Positions 1 to 13,329 of a stretch of DNA of 64,000 nt are shown here, in pieces (the stretch's first letter is position 1; each line of letters opens with the position of its first letter). Source of the stretch: Octopus vulgaris (taxonomy: Eukaryota); the NCBI GenBank assembly GCA_951406725.2, contig OX597826.1:31806001-31870000 (forward strand), in the 5' to 3' direction. The notes under the pieces are model-generated. The model searched no databases and was not told the DNA's origin. It saw only the letters and a list, made by a program, of their open reading frames with translations. Made by a program: the position numbers and the translations under genes.

Positions 1-614
1 CATTATCTAATATAAATATGTGTCTTCTGGCACCTAATCAAAATTTGTAAAAAAATATAATTGTTGGCTATAAAGATCGAAGGGTTTCAAATGTTCATAC
101 CTTATATAATACAAAATCAATTAAGTATTAGTTTAATTAAAGACGAATATTTTGAGGATCTTTTGCATCATTACCGGAAAGAAATATTCAATTCAAGATT
201 TTTAAGACAAAAAAAAATGATGGATCATGATTTTACAAAGTTATCATTTTGCTCGTCCCATTATCCAAAATTTAACGTTTAAATTATTCAGAATATAAAT
301 AGTGTTATTAAATAAAATGGATAAAAATTGTTTAATAAAAATAATAAAGATACAACAGTTGACCAATGAACTGACAGAAGATAAAACATCACTGCTTTAC
401 TAATTGTATGTTGGTGATTGCGCAGGAAATGTATGCAATCACGTGGTATATTTTAATCTAGTAACATTATGGTGAATACATTCTGTGATTCGATAGGAAA
501 CTTTCTCTGCAATAGTCTTTACGATTTAATAAACTTGCATTTTAAGCTTATTTTGATAAGATAAGATACTGGTTTCAAATGTATATAAAATATAAAATAT
601 GCGATGTACATTAC

Positions 615-829
615 CTTTGGTTACAAAATTTGACACAATGCAATTTAATCCACTGAACATCAGAAAGAAACAAATGGGCCTCCGGTGGTCAAAACGTTTA
701 AACAAGCAGTAAGCAGCAAAAAGAGAAGGAAATTCCACGAAAGCTAATAACAGGAAGATTATATAGCGGTTTCCAGTCATGTCCACAGAATTAAGATTTA
801 TTCCACAATATATCATACCGGCGACAAAC
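615..829 (-). CDS. SLC22-like gene 1 exon 7 (gene continues left of window)
   Basis: 215-nt exon FVAGMIYCG...VEFPS...RFDHRRP; phase fits exon 6. C-terminal exons are not in the window. Confidence 0.9.
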
Positions 830-1460
830 CTGTAAAAGAATATCTTACAAATCATGTGACCAAATTTATGTTATTTACACCTGTATTGCAACTTTTGCAT
901 TAGCATTAAAATATCAGAAAATATTTCAAACATATTTCTGTGTGAAACGCATACAGTATTATTTATATACCTACACTATGTATCTATAACAATTCGACAT
1001 ATTGTAAACTAAGATTATATCAGAGAAATCCAGCTTATCATAGTCTTCATCCAACAATAGTACAAACTTTTATATCTCCATCTACCTGAGAATCAACAGG
1101 TGTATTTAAAAAATCATTGACACCTCTAATGAGATTTGCAACTATTCCACTCATCGTATGGCTTGCCGTTATCCATACTCTGTAGACTATCAGTGGTAAT
1201 AACAGCTATTTCTTGCACATAATTATTTCGGATTGCAATAAGCATCGAACAACCCCTGGATTCATCAGAATGTACAGTTAACAATACAATCACAATGGCC
1301 AATGCCTCTCTTATCCTGTTATCCTCTTCCAAAACATTTATAACCTCCCGCTCCCTAACACTGATTATTCTAAATTAAATTCTAGATCCCCTTAAACATT
1401 TATAGTAATATTATTACACAAGCATTCAAAGAGACATGTAAAATATTAAGAGATCTTTAC

Positions 1461-1730
1461 CAGCTAAAACAAATATTCACAGTGGTAAATGCAAGTCTCG
1501 GTCTTTTAAATAGATCAATAAAAGTATAATTGTTTTGAGCTAAGACTTTCTTCTCGGGTATATTTTCATGAAAACTGTTCTTTAATGACAATTCTTCCTC
1601 GTTATTTGGAAAAAGTTCTAATAAATCCTGATATCGTTTTTTATTTTTCTTCATTATTTTTCGAAAAAGTGCTTTTGCTTCTGTAGAACGTTTTCTTCCA
1701 ATAAGCCATCTTGGAGATTCAGGGAGAAAT
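1461..1730 (-). CDS. SLC22-like gene 1 exon 6
   Basis: 270-nt exon with FLPESPRWL and FIDLFK...CFSW; AG/GT ends. Confidence 0.93.
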
Positions 1731-2095
1731 CTGAAAATGATCAGTAAAAAAGGCGAGCTCGAAAAATAATTTGCTTATAAGATATTAAGCATGAAGATCA
1801 TAGCTTTGGACATAATAACCATACACACAAATTACACATATTTATATATGTATGTTCTCTTTCTAGTATAGAGTTAATTTCAACTGGCCACCTACTTCAC
1901 AGCTTTTTTGTAAAGGGAAGCATCTTGTTTTGTTTGTCACCCTTTAAAGTTTAAGGTCTTATAGATATCATGATCACTTGTAGTGTATGAATTAAGGATT
2001 CGTGTTGTATGTATGTATGTATGTATGTATGTGTGCATGTATGAATGTATGCATGCATGCATGTATGTATGTATGTATGTATGTATGTATGTATG

Positions 2096-2126
<31 letters not shown>

Positions 2127-4220
2127 TTTCCGTATCCGTTTCGACGATGGGAATACAGTCGTTAGGTCAACAGAAATATCTACTCTCTTGCAAAAGTCAG
2201 GTGTAATCTAAATGAAAGATAGAATTAGCGTAAGGTGAGGAACAAAACTAATGTTTAGAATTTTAGAGACAATCTGTTGGGTGGGCTTCCACATAGTCTT
2301 CATGTGTCACACTGCAATCACAAATTTTTGGTCAAAGTGAAGTTCTGGTAAAATACAGAAGATATCATACAGTGGGTTTAAACATTGGCCCTTATGCTTG
2401 CGATCTGGACAAAAAGTACTCAAAGCATTATGTAGAATATATTGTCATATTTATTCGACTGATTCCTTCAACTGCAGATTCAGATTCGACGAATGGTCAA
2501 CATATTAAAGAAGTATTCTTGACTATGATGAAAATCATGAATTAATTCAAGATGGTACCAAGACAGCTATTTTATTGGTTAATAGAAACTGTGTGACTCA
2601 CACATAGTAGCATGTAATCTACATCTGAAAAGAGAATATGTTCCTTACAAGGAGATCACTTTTTCACTTAAAGGTAAAAGCCAATATTTAGCTTAACATT
2701 GTATTTGGTTTTCTGCGTCAGGTTTCTTGACACACTCTGCTTCACACAGTGCACATGACATATTTTTTCTGAAAAAAGTGACTACCATACTTGACTCTGT
2801 CAGCAGGAGTCAAAATCTATTTTAGACTTCTGATTTCTTTCACGTGTCAGATTTCTTCTTCGTCTGGCTATAAACTCTATGTTTACATATTCTTCAATTC
2901 AAATTTTACCGAGACAGGAATACGTTTTAATGTATGAATTTTTATTTCTTTTTCTGGAGCTACAATGAAACACTTTCTTCTCTCCTATTATAGATTGGGT
3001 CGTTTTGAATAAGAATTGTCTAGATACATATGAAAATACATCACTATGTATCCTTTAGATAAAAAAAAGAAGCTGCCAAAAGAAATAGTTACAGAGCAAT
3101 GTACAATCGGTAGCCCGAAAAAATAAAAACCTGCATCGAGTTAACCGGGAATATATTTAAAATTATATAAAAACAACATACTCATTCGTTCAGATATGGT
3201 AGTTAGTGTTATTCCAGGTCTATTTCGAAATACATTTAGTTAGAAACTGAAAGAGGAGGAACAAACAATTCCATGATGATTAAAATATTGTCGCAAATGT
3301 CAATACATACAACGGCCGAACTAAACAAGAAAAGAGTGATGCATTTGTTATCGGCCAATGTTGATGAAAACTATTACAGTGTTAGAAATTTACTCTAATA
3401 ATTGAAATTATAAGCTTTTGTACACTAGTATATGTAATATATAGTAAGAGCCGTAGAATGGAAAATACAGGAGAATAAATTAAACGAATATAATAAATCC
3501 CTCGCCATATCGCGGTTCAGTTATCGCGCACTCAGTACATCGCGGATTTGTTTGACTAATGTACGTAAATTTATATCGCGGACTCCTCACTGCACCTTGG
3601 TTTTGGCGGCCGGTAGGCTATTAAATTTTCTTTAATTTTAATTATTTCTGTGGTAAAATAAACATTTTCACGAATAAAAATTAATAAATTAATAAAGTTA
3701 AGGAATTCGCATTGCAGCCACGTGGTTTCGAGTTCAATCTCAATGCGCGGCACTATTGCAAGTGTTTCCTACCCTGTAGGTTCGGGCCGACTAGAGCTTG
3801 ATGAGTAAATTTAGTAGACCGAAACTATATGGGAGTCCGTTGTTTGTATGTGTGAGCGTGTATGTTTGTTATTAAGTGTGTGTGTGTTTTCGTGTGTTCA
3901 TATTTCTGTTTGTCCCTGCACCACTTGTCAATCCGTGTTGATTCGTTTACGTTCCCGTATGTACTGGAGACGATATTTTTTTCTATTAAACCTCAGTCAA
4001 GACTGTACCCTAGCAAGGCTGCAGTCCAATGACTGAAACAAGTAAAATATTGAAGGTAAAATATAAATGTTGCTTTCATCAAAAACAAAAATGAAGATAA
4101 ATTTCAGAGCTTTTCTTTTCTATTTTATTCTTCTGAATTTCTTACTAGAAAATTAACGAAAATATTCTTGAGTAGAATCAAAGAACGAACAATAAAATGG
4201 CTGAACTAAAATATACTTAC

Positions 4221-4389
4221 ATCCAAATGAAAAAACTGATTGCAGGTAGAAGACACACCGTCAATTCTAAGAAATGCCAGTCAGGGATACAATACACCAG
4301 CACTGTTACAAATATTGCTGCCACTGGATAGAGACACATATACCCAAAACTAATACGGGTACGTAGTTTTGAGGAAGTAAATTCCAAAG
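4221..4389 (-). CDS. SLC22-like gene 1 exon 5
   Basis: 169-nt exon LEFTSSKLRTRIS...IPDWHFLEL...FFIW, GTAAGT donor; same size as the paralogous exon at 47061. Confidence 0.9.
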
Positions 4390-5276
4390 CTGAAAAAGGA
4401 TCACAAATTGGATATAATTAGTATGTTTAAATAATTAATCTCGTATCTTATACTTGTTTCAGTCATTAGACTGCGTCCATGCTGGGGCAATCCGTTAAAG
4501 AATAGACACCAGCACGTATGTTTTTTGTTTTTAGGATGAGAGCATATATAGGCGTGTTTGTGCGAATGTGGCATAGATATATGTATACGTGGAAATATGT
4601 ATTATCTAAATTTTGTGCGATTCTTTTACTCTGTTCCCCTCATACTTTCTTCCTCTTTTCTTTTTCTCGCTCCCCATCTCGCACATTCCTTGGCTCTCTC
4701 TTTCTTCAATCCCTACGTTTCCTCCTCGTTTATCTCCCTTGTTTCGTTTATTTTAAGCAGTTTTGTTATAGCAGCATTACTTTCGCCTTTTTCTGAAGGG
4801 TTATGATTGTATTTTGGTCTATAGCCATTATCTAATTTATAAATCTGAATTCATTTAGTCTGAAACAAAATAATACCCACTAAGCTTTTATAAGGATGAA
4901 TCATTTTCATATCTATCACATTTATTGATAGATAGTATAGTCCTTGTTTTTAGTCGAAAGACACCTGTTGTTAATGTCTTGTTGTTTGTATTTGTAACTG
5001 AGTACCATTTCTCGTTTCTTTCGTCCTTGTTTTCGTATACATTCGCTTGCTTTCTTCCAAAGAATCTAGTGCTCTTAGCTTGGATTTTCTTGGGCCGGCC
5101 AAATTAGAGCAGTCTCGAGAGTAACCGGCCGAAACTGCAAAGATGATCTGGTACTTGACTGAAGAATGATGCTCCGAATGACCCATCCTTGTTTTTTTCC
5201 TGTCCTTTTATGTATCGTCCAAATGTCCGAATGTTTTGGCTCACGCCTGTTACGTTATTCGTCCATTTTGTTTTGC

Positions 5277-5335
<59 letters not shown>

Positions 5336-5378
5336 TAAAGAAATGGAGTTAAACGCAGGTGTTATTCAAATCTTTATA

Positions 5379-5466
5379 CTTCCGACATACGTTTCGAAGA
5401 AAACTTTGGTATTATTTCAGAGGGAATAAAATGATGTAAAACAATTCGATCTTCTCATCAGGTAAA
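5379..5466 (-). ncRNA. type I hammerhead ribozyme motif (inverted partner of 5848)
   Basis: C-CTGATGA-GAAGA...TCTTC-GAAAC-GTAT-GTC-GGAAG on the minus strand. Confidence 0.72.
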
Positions 5467-5847
5467 AAGAGAGAGAAAATCACATCAATAAGCCATTGAC
5501 TGCGTGTATGATGAAGAGTACGTAAGCAAGTTATTTTAAGAAAACCGTTTATAGATTTAACATCAAATGCAATTTCGAGAAAAAGGAGGTTAAAGAAAAA
5601 ATAGCAGAAAACCATGAGTGGAGAAATGTAGTGCGATAGATGTATGAGAATAAAGCTTGAAGGCGCGGAAATAGATATGTCTAATGGAAATGAAATGTAA
5701 GACAGTTAAAGGTCCGCTTTTGCTAAATTGCATTTGACGTTAAATCTATTAAGGATTTTTTAAACTACTTTCTAACGTTCCCTTCGTCATATATGCAGTA
5801 ATTACATTCGGTTAAAATGGCTTATTGATGTGTTTTGTTTCTCTCTT

Positions 5848-5932
5848 TTTTCCTGATGAGAAGATCGCATTGTTTTACATCATTTTATTTCCTCTGGAAT
5901 AATACCAATGTTTTCGAAACATATGTCGGAAG
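5848..5932 (+). ncRNA. type I hammerhead ribozyme motif
   Basis: TTTTC-CTGATGA(5853-5859)-GAAGA..CATTG/CAATG..TTTTC-GAAAC-ATAT-GTC(5925-5927)-GGAAG: full core plus stems I-III. Confidence 0.75.
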
Positions 5933-6170
5933 TATAAAGATTTGAATAACAACTGCGTTTAACTCCATTTCTTTATTTATCTGTTAAACAAAAGCATTTC
6001 AGTAAACCGTGGAATTTCTACCTTTATAAGTAGGCTGTAATATCCTTGGAACTTATGTGAATTTTTTGCTACCCTGGTAACTAATTACTTATTTTTCTGT
6101 GTTATTTGTGCAGATTGAAAAAATACACATACGTTTATACACACACACACACACGCACACACATACACAC

Positions 6171-6221
<51 letters not shown>

Positions 6222-6232
6222 TACATATATAC

Positions 6233-6280
<48 letters not shown>

Positions 6281-6301
6281 TTACGGAATGGAGTAAAATT
6301 C

Positions 6302-6384
6302 GGGCTACATATTTCTTAGCTGGCGGAACCTCGGAAGAGGTAAAACTCCAAGTGAGGTACATACCGTCGGCTTTTCTTCAGACC
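6302..6384 (-). ncRNA. degenerate hammerhead motif
   Basis: GGT-CTGAAGA-aaAGC...GCTaa-GAAAT-AT-GTA-GCC; base of stem II mismatched. Confidence 0.45.
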
Positions 6385-6467
6385 AAGGATATCTTGATTA
6401 AATTAAAGATTACACACGCGCGCGCGCACGTGTGTGTGTGCGTGTCTGTCTGATGAGAATAACTTAC

Positions 6468-6622
6468 TCAGTGAATATAAGGCAAGTGCATTTCCCGTGT
6501 AACCACAGGCTTGAATACAGTGCAGCATCATAAGAATTATCAACGATGGTACGAAGATTTTCCCAGTTCCACAGATGACTATACAGGTGTTTGCCAATAA
6601 AAATACGGGTCTTCGTCCAAAT
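6468..6622 (-). CDS. SLC22-like gene 1 exon 4
   Basis: 155-nt exon starting FGRRP (completes SDRFGRRP), GTAAGT donor. Confidence 0.92.
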
Positions 6623-6680
6623 CTATGAAAGACGGAAATAAAATTTTAAATTTTCAACTATTTATATGAACACGGAATAC

Positions 6681-6741
<61 letters not shown>

Positions 6742-7339
6742 ACACACACACATATCTATTCATTTATTTACTTATTTTATGCAATGCATACAGCGATTAC
6801 CGTGTAGAAGACATATATTGGCATTCAGAAAGACTCGAAGACATTCAACTTCGCTTGAACATTTATTTTTAATGTGGTGTCAAAGTTTCCGTCGCCTGAA
6901 ACCGTGTCCGTTTCACTAAAAACTTTGCTGCATCTCAAAATTCTCGAAAATACCGCAATATATATTGCTCGGAATATTTCTTTTCTTGCTTTTGTTTGGA
7001 TAGGTCTATCGTTCTGGTTGAGTGGACATAACTGGTCAGTTTTACCGATTTTTAGGATCAGCTGTCTTTCGTATTTTCCTTCTTTCTTTCTCTCTTCAAG
7101 AAAAGAAAGCGAGAAGTAATTTTGACAACTATAGCAGTTAATTCTCACTGTTTCTCTCTCTTTGTTTTCTCTCTCTCTCTCCTTTTCCCTCTCTTTCTTC
7201 TTGGCCTCTTTCTCTTCTTTATTTGCTATTTCTCTTCTATGTCTGTCTTTCACTCTTTCCTCCCTCTTCTTTCCAAGTCCTTTGTTTCCTTCCCAACCAA
7301 CTGCAATACTGAAGGGTGTGATGATGAGTTGGTATGGAC

Positions 7340-7380
7340 GTGCGTGTGTGTGGTGGTATGTATACGTAGACAGAACGGGA

Positions 7381-7415
<35 letters not shown>

Positions 7416-8380
7416 GATGTGTATTGGTGTGTATGTGTGTCTTACACTCTCTGCATCACTCTGTCTCTGCCATTCTCTGTACATGTATGCGTTCCTGTGT
7501 GCGTGTGGGGATGTGTGTGTATGTGAGAGAGAATAAAACTGTATGTACGTGTATGCATCTATGAGTGAGTTGTGTGTGTGAAGGATAGTATGTGTGGATG
7601 TATATGTGCATTCATGTGTGACATGTGCGGGTTTATGTAGTGTGTATGTATGTGTGTGTGTGCATCTAAGAGTGTGTTGTGAGCGTGGAGGGTTGTGTGT
7701 ATGGAGGTATATGTGCGTTCATGTGTGTGCATGTGAGTGCCTGCGTGAGTGTGTGTGCACGTGCGTGAGAAGGAGAGAAGGGTGAGGTGGGCTGTGGGTG
7801 CGTTATCTGACGAGTGTGTGAATGGATGGGTGCGGCTGTGTAAATGGGTGAGAGTGGCTGTGTGTGTGCGTGTGTGTACAGTGTGAGAGGGAGAGAGGGT
7901 GAGGCGACATGTGGGTGCGTTGTCTGAAGGATGTGTAAATGGGTGAGGGTGCTTGTGTGCGTATGTTGGTATGTGTGTGGACGGGTGGGAATGTGAGTAT
8001 GTGTGTACCTGTGAAGTGTGCGTCTATCTTTGTGTGTCATTCTGTCGCTCTCTCTATAAATGTGTGCATGTGTGTGTGTACCTATCTCTATGTTACTATG
8101 TTGCGTGTGTTGTGTGTGTGGAAGTGTATGTATGTGCGTGTATATGTCAGTATATCTGTGTATGAGTGTGCGTTGTGTGTTTTGCGCGCGTGTGTGTGTT
8201 GTGTGTGTGGAAAAAGATTATATGAACAGATCAGTGATGTGTGTGTGCCTGTGTGTGTGTAAGTGTGTACGTGTAAGTGTCTGTGTAAGTGTGTGTGTGT
8301 GTGTGTTAGTGTGAGTGTGTAAGTGTGTGCATGTGTGTGCATGTGTGTGTGTAAGTGTCTGTGTGTTTAAGTGTGTGTAT
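7340..8380. repeat. ~1-kb degenerate (GT)n low-complexity tract
   Basis: Interrupted GT/TG dinucleotide repeats. Confidence 0.9.
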
Positions 8381-8620
8381 GTCCACCGCCACCGCTTGAC
8401 AACCGGAGTCAGGGTGTTTACGTACTCGTAACTTAGCGTTTCGGTAAAAAAAGACCGATAATATAAGTATTAGGCTTAAAAAAAATTAAAAAGTGCTGAA
8501 GGTCATTCATTTGACTAAAATTCTGCAAGGCAGTGCCCCAGCATGGCCACAGTGAAATGTCTGAAACAAGGAAGAAGAAAATTTTAAAAATTAAAATAAA
8601 ATATAAAAAAAGTATATTAC

Positions 8621-8724
8621 CTGTCAGAAAAAATACCAAATATAATTGCTCCAAGAAGACAACCAGCGAAATAAACGGACTGCAAGGTGGATCTTAACCA
8701 TTTTCTTTCACACACCAAATTAAA
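8621..8724 (-). CDS. SLC22-like gene 1 exon 3
   Basis: 104-nt AG/GT-bounded exon: FNLVCERKW...GAIIFGIFSDR (SLC22 xLVC motif, first half of MFS motif A). Confidence 0.93.
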
Positions 8725-8855
8725 CTGTGAGAATAAACAAATTAAAATAGATGCAATTAAATGGTTTATGTTAAAATATAAGATACTGAAATTAAACTTC
8801 AAGTGTTTTACAGTAATTAATTGATTTACAGCAATTAGTTGATTGGGTTACTCAC

Positions 8856-9229
8856 CTCACTTACAATTGTAGAAAAATCTTCTGTCAGAAATTTCCGTCC
8901 GTAAGAACACTGTAGTTTAGATGAATTACTTGGTGGTGTTGTATAATATGTCCCAGTGAAGCTATTGTTATATACAGAACATTGACTGTCGCCGTCCGGT
9001 TGAAGCATTTGTAAATATTCATTCTCTGTAAGATTCGCAGGAATTAACGAAGCATTAAAGTTTGGTGGGTAGCATAAGAAGGGAACATTTGCACTGATAA
9101 AAGTTAAATTCATTGCTGTCATTATAGTCACAGTGCCTATGATAATAATATAAGTGTACAACCAGCGCTGGTAGGGTCCAAATGTGCCACATTGTTCGAT
9201 AAGCTTTGTAATATCTTTATCAGATGAAG
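8856..9229 (-). CDS. SLC22-like gene 1 exon 2 (TM1 + large Cys/N-glycosylated extracellular loop)
   Basis: TTTCAG acceptor, GAG|GTGAGT donor, 374 nt. Encodes CGTFGPYQ...STIVSE, typical of SLC22 N-termini. Confidence 0.92.
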
Positions 9230-10601
9230 CTGAAATTGGAAAAAAATTTGTATGATAAAAATTATACAATATGTGTTGTAATCTCTACAAAAGTAAATGG
9301 TATGTTTCGGATTAATAACTAATTCAAATATCAAAATGAAAATGTTCAGTTGAAAGACTGGTCTGACATGTAAAACTCTTCAGGTGATTAGCTCTCATTC
9401 TGTATGCTATTTATGGAACTACCTTGTGTCAGGTAGAATGTGAATGTGTCAAGTAACCACGTGAAAATGTAACTTAAGAAATTGTTGTATTTAGGAATGG
9501 TCATTTTGCCAGTTTAGCCAATAAATAATATATAAACGTAATTTACGAAAGAAATCTATATATATTAAAAATGAACTTCAACCTGGCTTCCTTGCAATGT
9601 TTCACAGCCAAACTGGCACATAATGGGAAAATACTTTCAAAGTATAGGGCCCCTGAAATGTGAATACAAACAGTATAAAGTAAGTTTCACGTAAATCAGA
9701 CCAGTTGTTATTGAGATATTCATGGTTTGGGGGTATAAATACCCAAAACGGTGCATAATAGGAAAATACTCCGAAAATAACTTAACCCTGAAAGGGAAGA
9801 AACTCTAACCTTTCCATTAGACACATTATGGGGGACAAAATATTTTAAAGTGAAAATGACTTTAAAAATATGACAAATATATCGTAAAATACCCTTCGTA
9901 ATCTCTGTGTGAAATATTTTTCCATAGGTTTCTTTCGAGTGCATTCAACGTATCTCACCTCCAATGATTTAGCTGCAATTTCTAACATAACCTGCTACCA
10001 CGTAACAGTTATTTGCAATAAAGGACACGAAACACCTGTTACGTTGTCGCATCGCGTGCAAGAAATAGCACCATGGTAAAGGTAGAAGAGATTTACTGAA
10101 GTCATATACGTGTTTTACTCCAGTTTGAGGCTTCTTATTTACCAATATCAAGAATTAAGAATTATACGTAATAAATCTTGTGAATGCCTCGCAAAGGATA
10201 ATGTTAAGATATAACATTCAAATTGGGAATCAAATTATCATCCAGCTATTGAATTTTAAATTCATTTTTATTTTGTTACTAAATGAAGAAAATCACAAAG
10301 AATGAAAGTATAAATCCACCAGAAGAAAGCTAGACACTACATTTCGTAGCTTAATATACTGAGGGACAGGCATGGGATAAGAAGTTTGTTTCCCAACAGT
10401 ATGGTTCCAGATTTAGTGCCACTGCGTGTCTACTATAGCCTCGGACCGACCAAAGCATTGGGAGTGGATTTGGTAGTCGGTAAGACCGTCGTATACATAT
10501 ATTGTATGTATGTATGTATGTATGTATGTATGTATGTATGTATGTATGTATGTATGTATGTATGTATGTATGTACATACGTATGTATGCATGTGTGTATG
10601 T

Positions 10602-11415
10602 ATACAAGGTGTTCGGGCTAAATACGGCGATTATTCATGTTTTCTGTTTTGTCAGAAACAGTTTGATATATTGGTGAAGAGTCAACGGCGTTGGAGAACA
10701 TAAAGATTAACGTTGGAGTTGATAAAATAACTGACATGTTGCACTAGAAGACATCTGAATATTGTATCATAATGATTCGCATAGGGTGTCAGACCGGCAG
10801 CGTCATACCCTGTAAATATTGTAGGACGTGATATGGGCGTCATGAAAACTAAGTTCCTCTAAATTGCAATGGTTTTCGGGTGTGTACCTAGTGAAGGTAA
10901 TGTCATACCGACCCACATCTTTGAGTAAGGTTTTAGGCTCAATTTAGACCAATATGTGGAACTGGTGGAGACCGTGCTCAAACTCTGGTCGGAGAGGGTT
11001 GCTGATAGAAGACCACATGTCAGTTCGAAGAATTCAGGTCCTTGTCATACCTCCGGAAAGCTTCAGAAGATGTTGTTTCTGGCCTCGTAACGCTCCCAAC
11101 TATAATTCCATAATTTACTATGTATGGGTCAATATCAAAAAGGACTTCAACTGCACTGCCTTCAACACCAAGGCCGAGCTAAAGGTCAATATCAAAGAGA
11201 TGTTCGCAGATCCAACCAGTGAGGAATGCATGCGCCAGGTTCTGGAGCCGTTTTGGACCAGTTGTGAAAGCCGAGGGAGGGTAATTTGAGTTAACCTATC
11301 TCCCAATCATAATTTTGTCAATTGTTTTTAACTTTTTAAAATGCTTTTATTTTTGTATGGGATATTATTTTCTTTTGCTTTTATGAAAATGGTCAAACCT
11401 AGCACGAACGTTCTC
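10602..11415 (+). mobile_element. Tc1/mariner-superfamily transposase relic inserted in a SINE
   Basis: End CAAGGTGTTCGGGCTAA; degenerate MVFGCV..EG, FWPRNAPNYNSIIYYVW (WPPxSPDLNPLDY-like). Related ends at 34333 and 61234. Confidence 0.7.
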
Positions 11416-11986
11416 TATATATTTGTGAGAAGTTGTGGGGAGTACGGAATGTATATTAGAGGGTTTTGTCTGTGTTTGTCTTCTAGCAGTGCTTGAAAAC
11501 TATGCTGGTATATAACTTAGCAGTTCGGCAAACGTGAACGATAGAATAAGCACCAAGCTTTAAAAAATAAGTACTGAGGTCGGTTGGTCCGACTGGAATT
11601 CGTGAAAGAGTTTTTCCAGCATGACCGCAGCCTAATGACTGAAGCAAGAAGATAATCCTTTCCACTGGAAGCATAAGGCCTCAAATTTGGAGGAACGTAT
11701 TAAGTTGATTACATCGAGCCAAGCGCATAACTGGTACTTATTTAATCGTCCCCGTAAGGATGAAAGGCAAAGTCGACCTCGGCGGAGCAGAACATGGCGG
11801 CAGACAAAATACCGCTAAGCATTTTGCCCGGCGTGCTAACGGTTCTGCCAGCTCGCCGCCTTGAAGCAAGTAACTTAAAGATAAAGACATTTAAAGAATT
11901 ATTACATTATTTCACAGATGAGTATTACAGTAATTAGTTCATAGAAACGTTTTATCAAATACCAATTTGAATAAATATTTATTTAC

Positions 11987-12038
11987 GTGTAGCCATTTGG
12001 TTTTCTAATTTCAGTTGATTTTCTTCTTCTTCAACCAT
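11987..12038 (-). CDS. SLC22/organic cation transporter-like gene 1, first coding exon (MVEEEENQLKLENQMAT)
   Basis: ATG at 12038-12036, 52 nt, phase-1 donor ACAC|GTAAAT. Homologous to the + strand first exons at 33602 and 60511; joins exon 2 in frame. Confidence 0.8.
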
Positions 12039-13192
12039 TTTAAAGTAAAGTCTCTGTAGAAATACCAATTCTTTTTACCTAGAAAAACCCCCCAGAAAAG
12101 CATCAGATAAATCAGAAAAATATATCAAAGTCTACTCACAGTATGCAGTAATAGTTTATACATTATGGGGTTATTTATCAAATTAATATTCAATTATTTA
12201 AGGAAGGCGGCGAGCTGGCGGATTTTTAGCTCAGCCGGCAAAAATGCTTAGCGCCATTTCGTCCGTTTTAACGTTGAGTTCAAATACCATCGAGGTTGAC
12301 TATGACTCACATACTTTCGGGGTCGATTAAATAAGTACCAGTTGAACACTGGGGTCAATGTAATCGAGTTATCCCTTCCCCTGGACTTACTGGCCTTGTG
12401 CCAAAATTTGAAGCCAATATTTTCCAATATCCGATAAGACGGAGTTAGTTTGATTAATCGACACAATCCCAGCACGTTCTGAAAGTAGAACATTAACTAT
12501 TCAACCATAATAAAATATCGTGATCATTTGTAGTCGAAACACTGAAACACCAATCGCTAGATAACGTAATTAAACCATCCCAGTACCTATTATCTGCTGC
12601 ATCATATAAAATAAATAATTGGATAAAGAGCAAATGTGAAAACAAGATTATAAAACTATGTTGTCAAAATTTACATTCCTTTGTTGTTAGGACGTTCACC
12701 GATTATTGATGCAGACGTGGTGGTGCGGTAACAAAAAAATCTGCTTCTCAACCACACAGTTCCGGGTTTAGTCTCATTGCACTGCACCTTGCGCGAGTTT
12801 CTTCTAGTATAGCCCTGGTCCTACCAAAGCCTTGTGAATGGATTTAGTAATTTAAGGAAGCCTTTTGTCTATATATCAGTGTGTATGATTGTGTGTGTTC
12901 CTGTGTATGTGTTTCTTCCCACCAACGCTTGACAAAACGGTTCGGCAAAAACACCCGATAAAATAAGTACCAATTTAAAAAAAATATGTGCTGGTATCGA
13001 TTTGTTCGACTAAAACCCTTCAAAGCGGTACGTGCCGTAGCACGGGCGCAGTCCAATGATTGAAATAAATAAAAAATAACGGAAAGATATTCATTTAAAA
13101 TGTTAGTTTTAACTGATTATTCTCTGCTGGATGTAATAACGCAAAAGATAAATTTAAAACAAACATCGACTCAGCTCTGATACCTGCAACGT

Positions 13193-13223
<31 letters not shown>

Positions 13224-13234
13224 GTACATACAAA

Positions 13235-13290
<56 letters not shown>

Positions 13291-13329
13291 GTTATATTTC
13301 TCTTACCAAGCGTATAGATTGCGTAGAAG

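Noticed and set aside
5080-5180. GGCCGG/CCGGCC stem followed by GAAAC, and a nearby CTGAAGA
   Set aside because: No CUGANGA before the stem and no matching GAAA/NUH after the second motif; too incomplete to call a hammerhead.
6099-8342. Many 60-220 aa ORFs rich in CV/HT/YI/ER dipeptides (also near 30000, 37500, 44000, 55300, 63300)
   Set aside because: Translations of stop-free microsatellites; no protein features.
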